Assembly (NCBI GenBank): GCA_043228905.1
Contig: JBHGNT010000011.1
Location: forward strand, 12,400,001 to 12,464,000
Reading direction: 5' to 3'
Origin: Azolla caroliniana
Lineage: Eukaryota; Plantae; Polypodiophyta
DNA: 64,000 bases
Below are positions 28,301 through 41,499 of this stretch, piece by piece. The position numbers were made by a program, and so were the translations under genes. The notes under the pieces are model-generated. The model saw only the letters and a program-made list of their open reading frames with translations, was not told where the DNA came from and did no database searches. Position 1 is the first letter of the stretch. Every line of letters starts with the position of its first letter.

Positions 28301-29522
28301 CTTGTTATAACACTTGGTGGAGATGGAACCGTACTTTGGGTATGTACTTCTTTCTCGGCCTCAAAAGCTTCAAGGTATGTTAACAGCCTTAAGATCTGCA
28401 TCTTCTTGTTATGGCATTTGCAGGCTGCTTCTATGTTCAAGGGACCAGTGCCCCCGCTCGTCTCATTTGCAATGGGATCATTGGGTTTTATGACACCATT
28501 TCGTATCCCCCAAATTAAATGTTAAATTTTGTTGAGTATTTGGATGAATCTTTTTGTTTATGCGTTCACCAGTTCAACTTTTATGCATTCACGAATCACC
28601 GTGTCCAAGATTCATCCTGTGCAAGTTTATCTTTAACCTTCCATACAGAGGGTGATCGATATAAAGATACTCTGCAGAATATAATGAAAGGTCCTTTGCA
28701 TATAACTCTTCGTCATCGCTTAAACTGTCGAATAATCCGAGCATCTGACCGTGAGGAACCATGGGATACAAGGAAGATTTCTAAGAATTCACATCTTGTT
28801 CTGAATGAAGTATCTATAGACCGGGGTATATCATCTTTCCTTACCTTTTTGGAGTGTTATTGTGATAATTCCTTCATGACCTGTGTTCAAGGAGATGGAT
28901 TGATTATTTCAACCACATCTGGGAGCACTGCCTACTCATTGGCAGCTGGGGGATCTATGGTACATCCTCAGGTATGAAGGTTTACCTCATTCAGAAGTCA
29001 TTCTAGGGATTAATGTTTTTTGTGCGTAGGTTTATCCTTGCCCTTAACATTTTATTCTATGGTTTGATTGTTTATTTCTCGTAGTTCAGTTACACACTGT
29101 TCTAGGGTTTGTTCTTGATCATAGTTTTAGCTTTGCCCCAAAATTATTCTAGGCTTTTGCATTGGTCATAGATTTTAGTTTTGCCTATTTTGCAGGTGCC
29201 AGGGATCCTTTTCACACCCATTTGTCCTCATTCTCTTTCTTTTCGACCACTCATCTTACCGGAACATGTTACACTTCGTGTGCAAGTACCATTCAATAGT
29301 AGAGGTGATGCGTGGGCATCATTTGATGGAAAAGACCGACAACACTTAAGAGCTGGAGATGCCCTTCTATGTAATATCTCCCTTTGGCCTGTTCCTACGA
29401 CATGTGAAGTGGATTCGACTCATGATTTCTTGCGCAGTGTGAGAGAAGGGTTACATTGGAATATGAGGAAAGCCCAGTCTAGTGATGGTCCTCATGATAC
29501 GCAAGCTGTGGACCAACTTTAG
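13387..29522 (+). CDS. NADK1: NAD(H) kinase, NADK1-type, spliced. Exons 13387-13428, 13559-13676, 20872-20985, 26482-26696, 26781-26894, 27270-27364, 27456-27562, 28266-28339, 28424-28502, 28649-28971, 29196-29522
   Basis: [109 protein letters not shown]. Exon phases are consistent; the first exon/start and the exon 3 donor are tentative. Confidence 0.93.
15088..20295 (-). mobile_element. Ty1/copia LTR retrotransposon, full-length but with a degenerate gag-pol, in NADK intron 2
   Basis: TG..CA LTRs at 15088-15413 and 19971-20295; tRNA-iMet PBS (TGGTATCAGAGC, minus strand, about 19957-19968); TSD ggaat/agaat; order gag, WYFDCGAS protease, HSDVCGP integrase, [17 protein letters not shown] RNase H. 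Confidence 0.96.
16283..16418. repeat. Triple tandem repeat of about 46 bp inside the copia RT
   Basis: aatgctgaggtagtaatggagatgaccaagat(c/t)tgtaagttcaaa occurs three times. Confidence 0.92.
21140..24950 (-). mobile_element. Long degenerate LINE (same family as 1745-3160) in NADK intron 3
   Basis: 3' tail at about 21140-21250; [14 protein letters not shown]; KQGCPLSP remnant near 22960-22985; [23 protein letters not shown]. The 5' boundary is approximate. Confidence 0.88.
23078..23507 (+). mobile_element. Solo LTR (430 bp) inserted in the LINE RT
   Basis: TG..CA ends, internal TATAAATA, perfect 5-bp TSD CATAT (23073-23077 and 23508-23512). Confidence 0.85.
27930..28010 (+). mobile_element. 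LINE 3'-end stub in a NADK intron
   Basis: gatgtaatctcttgtttggtctt..aggccatttttgcctcttaaaagatgttaa followed by a TTC/TTTC tail. Confidence 0.85.
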
Positions 29523-30139
29523 ACAGGAGATATATACGGCTTCCTACAATTTATTCTGCAATACCCAAAATATTACTTTTGAACATCTACATACAACTAT
29601 ATATACACTAAAGTTGTCTCCTTATTGGGGTTTGTGAATCAACAGTTCTCTCATACTAAAGGTGAATTATTATCGGCTCACCCCTTATAACTTCATTCCG
29701 TTGCAAGTATTGTTTTTACAATGCTGCATTGCCAAATAAAAATTTGTATACCATGCCTCATCGACAATAAAAAGATCTACCAAACTAGCTACATAAGGGT
29801 TTTCTCTTCCATATGCACGGTTATTGTGCTTTGTTGCTATGTATATAATATAATTGGACACAATCACCATTGAGATGGAGAACCTGTAACATTTATGTTT
29901 GTTTTTATGAAGTTTACTGCTCATTGTTGTATTTAGATCTGAGAAATAATTTTCGAAGCTAATTTAATTTATGGTGCCACTAAGACAGAGAGCTTACACT
30001 TGCCAAATCTTCCAATTGAATGAGTTAAGAGCTTATACTTGCCTAATTTTCCAATTGAATGAGTTAAGAAAGCAATGATCGCTTCAAAGGAAAGCTCACT
30101 TAATTTCTTAACATCCATATTGGCATTTAAAGTTGGGAA

Positions 30140-31370
30140 GTATTGTGAAAGCATTTGCCAAGAATGTTTTCATTAATCAAGAACAAAAGTTGGGGCTCGA
30201 AGACGATCAGATATTGTCCTCATAGTAGGTAACAGACTCGCATTGGCAAACATTCTTTTTCCTATGGATGCAAATGAATGCATATGTTATCAAAACATTC
30301 CCTTAACTTTTTTACCTTTAAAAAAAATTACTTTACTACCTTGTAATAAATAATGAAACAAAAGTATAGTACTTACTACTTACCATACTTCGAGGGTGTT
30401 TACCATACTCGAATGATTGAAACATTCTCGAATGAGAATGCACGTATGGTTCATACTATGCTTGTCCTTTTCTCAACCATAAACAATGTTGACTAAGGAT
30501 TGTTAGATGTTATATTGATGACTCCAATAGCACGAGAAATCAAAGTTTTTGGGTTTCGGGAGGGAGTATGGTTACGAGGTTGAAACTTAAAAGGAATTGA
30601 TGGAAGGGCACCACATGGAGTGGAGTCTGCAACTTAATTTTACTCAACATTGGGAAACTTACCAGGTCCGGACATCGTAAGGATTGACAAATTGAGAGCT
30701 CTTTCTTGATTCTATGGGTGGTTGTGCATGGCCATTCTTAGTTGGTGGAGTGATTTACCTGGTTAATTCCATTAACAAACAAGACCTCAGCCTACTAACT
30801 AGTTACACAAAGGATCCTCTTCGTGCCCAACTTAGAGGGACGATGGCCGTTTAGATCATGGAAGTTTGAGGCAATAATTGGTTTGTGATGCCCTTACATA
30901 TTCTGTGCCGCATGCACGCTACACTGATGAATTCAACGAGTTTACCACCTAGACTAATAGGTCTGGGTAATTTTTTGAAATTTCATTGCGATGGGAATAG
31001 ATCATTTCAATTATTGATATTCAACTAGGAATTTCTAGTAATCGCTCGTGTTGACTATGTCCCAGCCCTTTGTACACCGCTTGTCGCTCCTACTGATTGA
31101 ATGGTCCGGTGAAGTTTTCGGATCGTGACAACATTGGCAGTTCCCTACCGGTGATGTTGTTAGAAGTTCATTAAGCCTTATCATTTAGAGGAAGGAGAAG
31201 TCATAACAAGGTTTCCGTAGGTGAACCTATGGAAGGATCATTGACATACATCTGAACCAACAATGTGAACTATGGTCGTATTCTGAAGCGACACGCTCAG
31301 AAGCTTGTTCGCCCCGCTTGACTCATGTGCCAGATCTAGGGCATGTCATGGGTCTTGTGTGGGTTGTGCA
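30140..31370 (+). pseudogene. Dispersed 18S rRNA pseudogene (3' about 850 nt) with the probable start of ITS1
   Basis: Conserved 18S blocks aaacttaaaaggaattgatggaagggcaccac, ttgtacaccgc and taacaaggtttccgtaggtgaacc..gaaggatcattg (ends about 31243); many C>T and G>A changes plus indels. Confidence 0.95.
30221..30460. mobile_element. 240-bp hAT-like MITE inside the 18S pseudogene
   Basis: TIR CATAGTA...TACTATG; 8-bp TSD attgtcct/cttgtcct; 18S sequence resumes across it. Confidence 0.82.
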
Positions 31371-32708
31371 TTTTATTTTGCCAAATTAAACATTAATTAT
31401 TCGTTATTACTTCTAAAAGGGCGAGAGTTTAATATGTTGTAATTGGATCAACCAATTGATTCTCCTGCTTATGGACAATGGCATGTGTGCAAATGAGCAA
31501 ATTCTTTAGGTCTAAATCTTATATATAATTATTCATGTTTCTTGATTCGATTTGATTTGCTAGGAAAAATTTGGTCTCAAATTTGAGCCTCCAATTAATG
31601 GCATAACATCCAAAATACCATAACATTTTTCAACTATCTTTGGAAAGATCTTAGCAAGAGATTTGGAATTTTGTAGAAGTTAAGGCTGTTTCTCTACAGA
31701 AGAACTCCAACTGCTTCTTTCCTTTTGATTAGAGAACTGTTCGGGTATATTCCAAATCTTTGAAGAGTGTTAAAAAATATTTAGAAGACTACTGGTAATA
31801 GTCACTGCTATGAAGTGGTAAACAGTGTACATCATGTAGTGGATGTGAGGGAGAAACTTATTCTCAATGATTGAAGAGAAAGGGAAAATCATGGAAGCCT
31901 ATGCTCAATGATTAAAATGAAAGGAGAAAGAGCGTTAGAATTCAGTAACTGATAATATGGGAGGTAAATAGTCCATTCTATAAATTGAATGTTAGTGGGA
32001 GAATGAATAGCTCTTGCACGCAGGGAAAACCTTGACAATGTCATCTTAAACCAATATGGTGCTACCATCTTCGGCATACATTTTAAATGACAGCATCTTT
32101 AACATACACTGTAAATGATTTACAGTTAATGACTAACTGTAAATCACATTGTCAACACAGCAAGATGGTCATACCATCTAACACTTTCTAATAACGGATG
32201 TTTAATAACTCATTTTGCTTTTCTTCACGTTTAATAACTCACGGTGATTGAACAAATGTCTGCCTTCATCACTGTTCCTTACGTACATTGAGAGATTACA
32301 CAAGAGTCAAGACCCAATAAACCTGCAATAGAAAGTGATTTTCCTGTACTGAAATCAATGATAGAATATAGAAATACAGAAGGCAAATTTTACCATTTGG
32401 ATACATAATGAATATGATTTTGACACAGTTTGTTTTAGACTTTCTTCATGTTTATAACTCACAGTTATTGAACAATGTTTACATTCATCTCCGATCCACA
32501 TCTACTTATTCATGATGTAGAAAGTGATTTTCCTGTACAGATTTTTTATTTTATTATTCAAGATGTAGAATCAACTACATCTACATTTCAATATTGGTGG
32601 AGAATTCTATTTTACTCAAAATGAGGAAAAAGAAAATGTTTTAAAGTCATATGACACATCTTCGGTAGGGTTGGTATACAAAAGAAGGGAATAAAAATTC
32701 AAGATATG

Positions 32709-35700
32709 TTATAATGGACCCAAGCCCTCCAAAACAAGCTGTTTAAGACCTTCATTCAGCCTTTTAGCTGCTAGTTTGCATTGATCCTCGTGCAAACCAC
32801 CAAAAGAAACTCGAATATGACCTGGTCCTCCACTAGCACTTCCAGGGATTACCATTACTCCATGTTTCTTGGCTAACCAATGAACTACTGCAACATCATC
32901 CTTCGCATTTTCAGGTAATCTTGCCCATAGATAGATTGCTCCTTCACCACCTTTCACTGCATCCTTTCCCAGAGGTGATAATGCTTCCTTAACTATATCA
33001 ATGTTTTTTGAGAGCTCCTTCACATTCTCATGTACCCAATTGGGCCCGACCTCTAGAGAGAAGTGTGCTAGTTTTTGCCCTATAATAGAAGCACAGATAG
33101 GGATGTTGTCTTGTACTTTCAAAAGTTGAGCTCCAAGACCCTCTACACTAGATGGATATGCAATCTACAGCCCACATCAAGTTCATGAGTATCATCTCAT
33201 TATTAAGTACCTCAAAGGGACAAAAGAAACATATACTTGTTTGGAAATATATATTATATCATATGGTATGCATATTTACTCTGAAAAGCTCATGGTAGCA
33301 TCTAGGCATCCCGATTCTTTTGGTAAAACCCCCCAAATATTCATTTGCAAGTGCATTGCACACACACACACATACAAATTACTGGGTTATTGCATTCAAT
33401 AAAAAAGCTCTCTATCCAAAGTAGAGTCACCAATGATACCTAACTTCAACACCCTTAATGCCCTTGGACAGCTTTCTGATAAATTAATGTAAATCCAAGA
33501 ATGAGGAAAAACTATGCAAATGGCCAGTTGTCAGATATGTGAATGTGAAGCTGAGAGTGAAAAACTATATACATATATAATAAGCAACAAAGTCAGCTTT
33601 TGGATGCATGCAAAAAAGAACAAAACATAGAGATGAGAGGAGAATAACATGCCACAATCTCTGCTTGACCCCCCAATAAGACTTCCATATATCGTACAAA
33701 AACTAGACTTTCCAATCAATGCATCCACATGGAGCCAAACAAGCTAAGCAAGTTCACATTTTCATCATTCTAGAATAGTATACAATAGGATCCAATGTGA
33801 CAACCTAAAAACAATAGTAAAAACTGTAATACCATATACTTACATATCCAATTCTCCATCCCATCATGCCATATGCTTTTGAGAAGGAAAATATATTTAA
33901 TATGTGGTCTCCTTCAATGCAAGAATGTTTCAATCCATTGTATACAAAGTATCTGAAATGGAGAAGTTAACAATTAATACAACCAGATTAATCTCCATCA
34001 AGAAGAAAGATAACATCCAATCGACAAGAGAACATCGCAGTTGTGCCTGCCTGATGAGGCAGGGGTATTTTTGCTATCTTCCAATTAACTACTTCATGGT
34101 TTAATATACTTCACATCCATATTGGATGTTCAGATTTTCAGTCACAGAATCCTTAGATCCTTGCTAAGTCTCAAAAGATATTGAACAGCCTATACATACA
34201 ATCGTCTTTTTTGAAACTATTATTGTATTCATTCTTTTCTTGTGCATTTTTCATATAATGTTTTTATTAAAATAAAATGTATGCAGATTTGTTTGTTAGT
34301 AATGTATACAACAATTCTGAGCATATCTTTTAGAGGCATAAAAATGGGAAGCAGATAATGTCGATAAACATTAAGTGTCCTTACTCATATGTGTTGTCTA
34401 CTAGAAGCCATGCTCCTGCTTTTTTACATAGATCAGATATTCTCTGTGTATACACATACGGTAGAAGATATTAAAAAACCATAAACATTACAGACAAGGT
34501 CATTCAAAATTAATCAAACGCACTAAATTTACAATAGCATAGAGAAATCCCTTCAATTCATGAAAGAAAAGATCCAGCACATGAAGCTGACTGGACTTGG
34601 AATTAACAGAATTTTCGTTAACATTTCCATTTATCATTATTCAGTAGAACTGCTTACCTATAAGAGGGTCCGGCTGACTATAGCTTGAATTAACAGAATT
34701 TTAACTACCATTTCCATTTATCATTATGAAGTAGAACTGCTTACCTATAAGAGGGTTAGGCTGACTATAGCTTGAATTAACAGAATTTTAACTACCATTT
34801 CCATTTATCATTATTCAGTAGAACTGCTTACATGTAAGAGGGTTTCTGGAATACACATTCCAGAAGGATTTCCAGGATTTACAACTGTCACCAATTTGGG
34901 AGATGCTTTTCCATCTTCTGGAGATAGGACTTTTTCAAGCCAGTCTATAAAAGGAATATATACAGCAGAATAAATAAAGTAAGTCAATACAAAAAATGGA
35001 GAAACCCCGAAATACCCTGGAATTTCACACATGTGGCCCTAATTTTCATCCTTTCCCAAAATGCACCTGTTCAACCATTGAACGAGAGAAGAAGGGGATG
35101 AATTGAGAAACAGTTGCATTGAGCATATAATTATACAAATAACACATGTATTTGCTAGGGATGGGGTTGCTGAAAGGCATTTGGAAAAAAAGAACTTGGG
35201 TGGCATTTGAAAGAATAAATAATTAGCTCTGGGGTATTTCAGTGTTTCTCCATGCAAAATGTGAGTTGAGAAACATTGCTTAAATCTTAAGTTACCTGCG
35301 TTAGGCTGAAGGGTTGCAGGATCATTGGGACCAACTAATATGTCTGTAACACCTGTCATCTGAAAACTCATGTACGCATTGAAATAGTAAGGGGCGAACA
35401 TGACCACTGAATCGCCTGCGTCGCAGAGAGTAAGAACTAGGTTCACAAATGCCTGATTGAAAATAAACACGTGAATTTATGATCAATTTCAGAAATTATA
35501 AGCACTGATACAATAAAAGAAAAAAACTCCAAGAACCAATGAGCAGCACATCAAGAGACATCATAACATCCGGATCCGATGACCTCCTTGTGATGATGGA
35601 TTTCATGAATTGATATTACCAAAGCCCAATAGAAAATGAACATGCGAATTTATGATTAACTTCAAAAATTACAAAAATAAACATGTGAATGTATGATAAA

Positions 35701-38529
35701 TTTCAGAAATTATAAGCACTAATATAATAAAAAACAAAAACTCCAAGAACTAATGAGCAGCACATCAAGAGACATCATAGCATCCTGATCCGATGACCTC
35801 CTTGTGATGATGGATTTCATGAATTGATATCACCAAAGCCCAATCGAAAATGAACATGCGAATTTATGATTAACTTCAAAAATTACAAACACTTACACAA
35901 TCAAGGAGAGAAACTCCAAGAATAAATTAGCAGCATGCTAAGACACATCAATATCTTAGCAGAAATAATAGCATCCCAACCAAACAATTTAACTTATGAC
36001 AATGGATTTCTTGAATATGTATCAGTTTCAAAGGGCAAACAAAAATATGTATTGTATGCAGGAAATATGGTTCACAGGATATGTTTCATACACTGTATTA
36101 TCGATTTATGGTTAAACAAGATTATATATTGCACTTCATTTTTGCGCACATATACATCACAAGTATCTGACACTTCAGTTTTCACGCATGGAAAAGCAAG
36201 ACCACCACAGGTTACCAGAAATATAAAGCAGAATGGACAAGGGTCTATATTCCTTTTTAATTAAACTAATTTAGCGGAAGTGGATTGAATAATATCACCA
36301 TTAATAATATTAGAAACATTGTAGAAAAGGCTGATCATAAAATGCAAAGTATTCTTAAAGTTTCAAGCTACAAAAGTGGCATTATTGGATAATGACTACT
36401 AGATTATTATTGGCCATTAACTATCCATCTACCATTTTCTTACATTCCAAATACACAGCACATATGAAGACACACAGATATTATCAATAGTTATCATTGA
36501 ATTAAGAATCTGAGATGCATAGGAATTTCCTATACCTGATTGGCCCCACCAGTAACCATTACAGAAGACTTGGTCAATTTATTTTCATCCTTCAACTGGA
36601 AAGAAAGAAAACATTCAAGTTGAGAATGAAACTTATTTCTCACATTAGTTATAGCACTTGCAACCATTAAGTTTAACGGTTAATATAATATGCCCTAAAC
36701 ACCATATGAAACTGTACACCTGAGCTGGGTCATGAAAAATACCTTTTCCATCAGAGCAGCTTTAAGTTCTGGAATGCCATCATCAGGACCATAACTGCTA
36801 ATCGATGGTGTAGAAACAAGATCCTTTACTTTTTCAAGGGCTTGCACTGGTGGTTGCCAATAGACAACCCCCTACATATCAACACGTGATTTATGGAGGA
36901 AATATAAGAATAATAGGTAAGGCTTCAAGTGTCTCAAATCATTATACAAATAATTCAGAGTCATATGGAGCAACAAACCTGAGCAAGTGACAAGCAGTCT
37001 TCTGTACTTCTGAAAATTTCTTGCATCTGCAGGTAAAAGGAGAGATAGATTCATAACATGTAAAACATAGCATAAAGTCTGGGAATCACATTCCTGCCTC
37101 CAGGACCTCTGCTCCTGGGGTAACAGGCAGTTACTCTCTAAAAAGTAAGCAGTCAGGACACGTCAAATATATATAAACATGCATTTCGAAGAGAAAGGAA
37201 CCAATTCATGGTTGTTCATGAATCACAACGCTAAACATATTGATCCTTCAAAATGGAAGACATATGGGAACCCAGTCTTGGTAAGTTCGCAGTAAAAAGA
37301 ATTAGAACTAGATGATGATTTTGTTAAAAACGTACAAAGCAACTCATCCGTGTACATGAGATCACTCAGTCTACAATGGAAATTTTTGGTATTACATAGG
37401 CAGTTCTGTACATCATATACAGGAACACCATACAAAACTTACAATTGGCACTTCTCACCTCCAATGAGCTAGCACTGCAGAGAGCTGCTCATTACTTGTA
37501 TGCGTAAATGCAGAACGTTTCGAGGGACACATCATGAAAATACTCCCATATATTGAGTGCACTGTACCACTGGGATTGTTTACATATGGAGATGTGCCAT
37601 ATGAACGCCCAAAGTGGTCAGGATAGATCTCATGACATTGAATATAAAGAGATTGATTGGTCAAGCGAGCCACTATGACCAATATACTCAAATGAATCCA
37701 CAAATCAACTTGACTTCTTTTATCCTTCGTGAACCCATGAACTTGATGGAAATACGAAAGGACTCAACAATCTGACTTTTATGTGTTACATGTTCTGGGA
37801 TTGATTTCCTGACTTTTATTCCATTAAAGATTCTTAGCCTCGTTCAATGCCGACAGGAACGAAGACATCATTCCTCTTCACTCTAGAGTTTGGAACACTG
37901 AAGATGAGCTACAGGAATTACATCAAAGCCATATCTGTTCTCTTTGGCTCAAATTTGTGATTTACTTCAACCTAGGAGAATTTAGGCATACACTAAGGAA
38001 ACTCCAAGGATTCATTGCGTATAAATGATTGACCCACGTGTTATCTTATAAATAATTCAATGGTCCTATATGAGTCAATGGAGCATTGAATAAACGGGAT
38101 CCTTTCTTAAAAATGATGGTATCATTTTTAATTCTCCTCTCACTGTATATATGAAAAAACAGCAATGTGAATTTAATATAATATCATATTCTGAATTTCT
38201 CTTAGCATCATCTAGATTCTTTCTTCAATATGATGATATCATTTTTTGAAACCCTCTTCCGATTATGCATACAAAAATCCGGCAAACGAAATAGAAGAAA
38301 TCTTTGTTGATTCTTAACATATTGCAAAATTTGGCTTTTCTTCGAAAAGAATGATATTAATTTCTGAGTTTCCCTTCTATTAAATATACAAAATAAAAAG
38401 TTGAAAGAAATAAAGCCAAAAGGTCTGAAATGCAGATGACATATCTTTTGAAAATTAGAGAAGTACCTGAATCATGACAGGAGTTTCAGTAGCAACTATA
38501 CGCCGAGCAATCTTAGAAGCTTCCCCCAT
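32709..38529 (-). CDS. ISS1: PLP-dependent class I aminotransferase, ISS1/VAS1-like. Exons 38529-38467, 37026-36979, 36871-36743, 36595-36536, 35452-35296, 34944-34832, 34443-34385, 33952-33844, 33164-32709
   Basis: SLAQGVVYWQPP, VMVTGGANQAFVNLV, PYYFN, VNPGNPSG, DNTYEYF, FSFSKAYGMMGWRIGY (PLP lysine), KVQDNIPICA, GGEGAIYLW; all introns GT-AG and in phase. Confidence 0.94.
34595..34842. repeat. Tandem repeat of about 97 bp (two extra copies) spanning an exon/intron donor of the aminotransferase
   Basis: ttccatttatcattat..agtagaactgcttac..taagaggg occurs three times. Confidence 0.85.
35460..35890. repeat. Tandem duplication of about 215 bp in an intron
   Basis: aaaataaaca..atttcagaaattataagcact..gatccgatgacctccttgtgatgatgg occurs twice. 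Confidence 0.88.
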
Positions 38530-38929
38530 AGCTATTTCTTCAAAAAAGCAAAACGGAGAGATGCAAGAGAGAGAGAGAGAGAGAGACCTTCTCTACAACG
38601 GAATTTGATGAATAAGATACCTGTCTCTCTATAGTTCTCTATGTATCTCTGTCTCTGAAGAGCTCGCTCTGTGCGTGTCCCCGACTATGTCTCTGTTAGG
38701 GTTTCCGTTTCTGTGAGATTTTCTATTCAGTCAATGCAAGGCCGCAAACCAAGCCAAACAAAACTGGTCAAACTAAGAAATAAAATGGTGGTTTCCCTCG
38801 TTTTGGAATATTATGTCTCTGGCCCAAAAATCCCGAGGAAGGATAAACATGTAATGGAAGGCGACACATACACATTATTCGTATGGGACCACTTCCCTCT
38901 ATGAGACAATATAAGACCAATCCATCGTA

Positions 38930-38986
38930 AACATGCCATCCTTGTGAGAGGCAGTACAAAATATATTGATCAATCTGAATAGAATG

Positions 38987-39045
<59 letters not shown>

Positions 39046-39212
39046 GGAATGGCTTCGCTTTTGATTCGTAAGTTGGGGTGAGAACATGCCATCCTTGTGA
39101 GAGGCAGTACAAAATATATTGATCAATCTGAATAGAATGACCGAGAGAGAGAGAGAGAGAGAGAGAGAATTCGGAATGGCTTCGCTTTTGATTCGTAAGT
39201 TGGGGTGAGAAA
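38930..39212. repeat. Tandem duplication containing (GA)n tracts of different length, upstream of the aminotransferase
   Basis: aacatgccatccttgtgagagg..(GA)n..aattcggaatggcttcgc..ggggtgagaa occurs twice. Confidence 0.92.
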
Positions 39213-39539
39213 ATATGTAGTAAAGTTAAAAGGACTTCATTTGCGACAATTAACAGTGTTGAGAAGTCACAAACTCTCAACCATGGTGATATAACCAACT
39301 TTGTAAGGTCGCATATCATCATATTCAACATTACAATTTGGTGGGTGTAGTAGTTAGTAGTAGTATTAGTAGTAGTATTTATATCCCTAGAAGAGTTCTA
39401 TGCTTTGTTGTAAGTTAGTTATGGTGGAGTTTTTTCTTTGGTAATGAAAGTCATTATTTACGAGAGAGAGATTCTATTATCGGCTTCGGAGGTCAAATAT
39501 AACCTATGAGACCAAAAATATTGCATTTCACGTTATATG

Positions 39540-40150
39540 TGTGAAAGTGAGTAGCGACTCTCGATGTTCAATAACGTTACAAATGCATGTTGCAATCAAG
39601 AGTGCACATTGTGGTTGTGAATGAAATTCATGCAAGGATTGGGCTTGGTCGAAAATGAGTGGAAAGCATGGTCGAATATGATCAAAGGTAGAGCATTGTA
39701 TCAAAGTGTGATACTCAGACTCTCGAACTTGTTTAGGGCAAAGTGTGCATAGCCGACCACTTTCATCACTTGTGCCCCAATGCCCTGTCTCACATCACAA
39801 TGCATGTGAGCTAAGTCGCATGGAAGCAATGGTTCGAATGGTAGATAATGGGATGAACGCTAACATGTATCAATGTGTAAGGTTTCCTATTCTGCGAAGA
39901 ATATGGTTTTGTAGTTAGGTGCAACATGTGTAGTATAATGTGTGATGCGTGAGCCTCCACATTTGTCCCATGTCATGATACATTGGTGTTGCAAAAAGGC
40001 CACATTTACAGAGGAATCTAGTGATGCATCATGAAGCAAGTGTCTTGCATTCCATCTACCAAACCATTTTTCCATGTCTTGCATCCAACTAGAACACAAA
40101 ATTTTGATTTTATGCGTCTTTTTGATCTTTTTGCTTGCTTCCCATGCAAT
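39540..40150 (-). mobile_element. Degenerate L1-like ORF2 fragment
   Basis: Trp/Cys-rich decayed coding sequence resembling an L1 ORF2 C-terminus; bounded by (GA)n. Confidence 0.45.
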
Positions 40151-40165
40151 GAGAGAGAGAGAGAG

Positions 40166-40360
40166 CAAATGGATGTAGCTCAGTTGGTAAGGTTGCCCAA
40201 TGGAGACCAGGTGGTCATGGGTTCAACCCTTACATTCCATAGTGACATCTACAGAATCTGTATATATAAATATAGTGTAATAGAGAGGTGAGAAAAGTAG
40301 GTTTCGAACCCAAGATGTAGTGCTAGTAGTGTAGGGTAAGTTAATTATGATAAAAAAATG
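40166..40360 (+). mobile_element. tRNA-derived SINE, copy 2, flanked on both sides by (GA)n
   Basis: TAGCTCAGTTGG A box, GGTTCAACCC B-like box, A7 tail; homologous to 9480-9700. Confidence 0.82.
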
Positions 40361-41499
40361 AGAGAGAGAGAGAGAGAGAACCCGTGGAAAGATTGGTCAT
40401 TTGGCATTGGGAAATCGATTTTTACGGTGCACACTAATGATGTGTACCATAAGTTAGTTGAAGATAGAGCTTAGTTAGCAAATAAGATTTTGGATACATG
40501 GTACATTAGTCGAAATGTAGAGTGAAGTAGAGTTTTAGATGCAAGGTGGTTGTCTCATCTCCCATTTCATGCAAGGGGTTTCTTTGGCGTTGTCGAGGTA
40601 GTTGTGGTTCGTGTGGCAAAGTCGTAGGGACGAAGGTTAAGGGGAGTTGAAGGAACTTAAATTTTAATAAGCTTATATGGTGATGTTAGAAAGGTTAAGA
40701 ATATCAAGAAGAAGAGTCACGAGTAATGTGTGAGAGAGAGAGACGAGAATAGATAGAAGATAGAGACAATATAGGATTCAAGAAGCAAGATAGAGACAAA
40801 GTATGATTTAAGAAGGAAGATTGAGACAAAGTATGATTCAAGAAGCCAGAGTATTTAATATAAACATGATATATATATATTAAAAAGACAATATTTTACC
40901 AACTTTACAATCCTTGATCGCAAACTGAACACATTCTCTACCAACCCTTGATTTGAACCCATGACCTCAACTTCGAAACGAGAGGTTCTCCACCCAATAA
41001 GCTAGTCTTCTTTACTCGATTGTATTATTTTCTCACTCTCTCTTCTTATTGATCCCCTCTTGTTTTTCTTGCCCCTCTTTATATAAGTGTTGCCATGCAT
41101 ATGGTAATGTATGGGAGCATGGCATGCATGCAATGCATGATTGCCATTTGGCGCACATGTATTGCACGTGATGCATGGTAGCCATCATGCTCACTTGAGC
41201 TCCCATGTATGAAAATAGATATGGGATAAGTATAAATGTATTCTAAAATAACTAACCTAGCTTAGTGGTGTATATTTTGTGTTTGGCATACAAGGTTGAG
41301 AGTTCAAGTCTCTCAATTTTACTCAATACCATACATAACTTCATTCTTATATCATGAAGCAATTTCATTGTACAAACTTTTACAAATAAATAGCCTAGCC
41401 TAGTGGTATGTACATTGTACATTGTATATAAGGATGTGGGTTCAAGTCTCTCAAATATTATTAAATACAATATTTAAGATCATTTTTATATTGTGAAGC

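Noticed and set aside
30140-31243. Functional rRNA gene, or a group I intron at 30221-30460
   Set aside because: The 18S is truncated and mutated at invariant sites; the insert has TIRs and an 8-bp TSD, so it is a MITE.
38768-39331. 187-aa ORF and similar microsatellite ORFs (13169-13360, 50187-50582)
   Set aside because: Open only because of (GA)n/(CA)n tracts and duplications.
40166-40240. Functional tRNA gene
   Set aside because: No good acceptor or anticodon stems; it continues into a SINE body shared with another copy.
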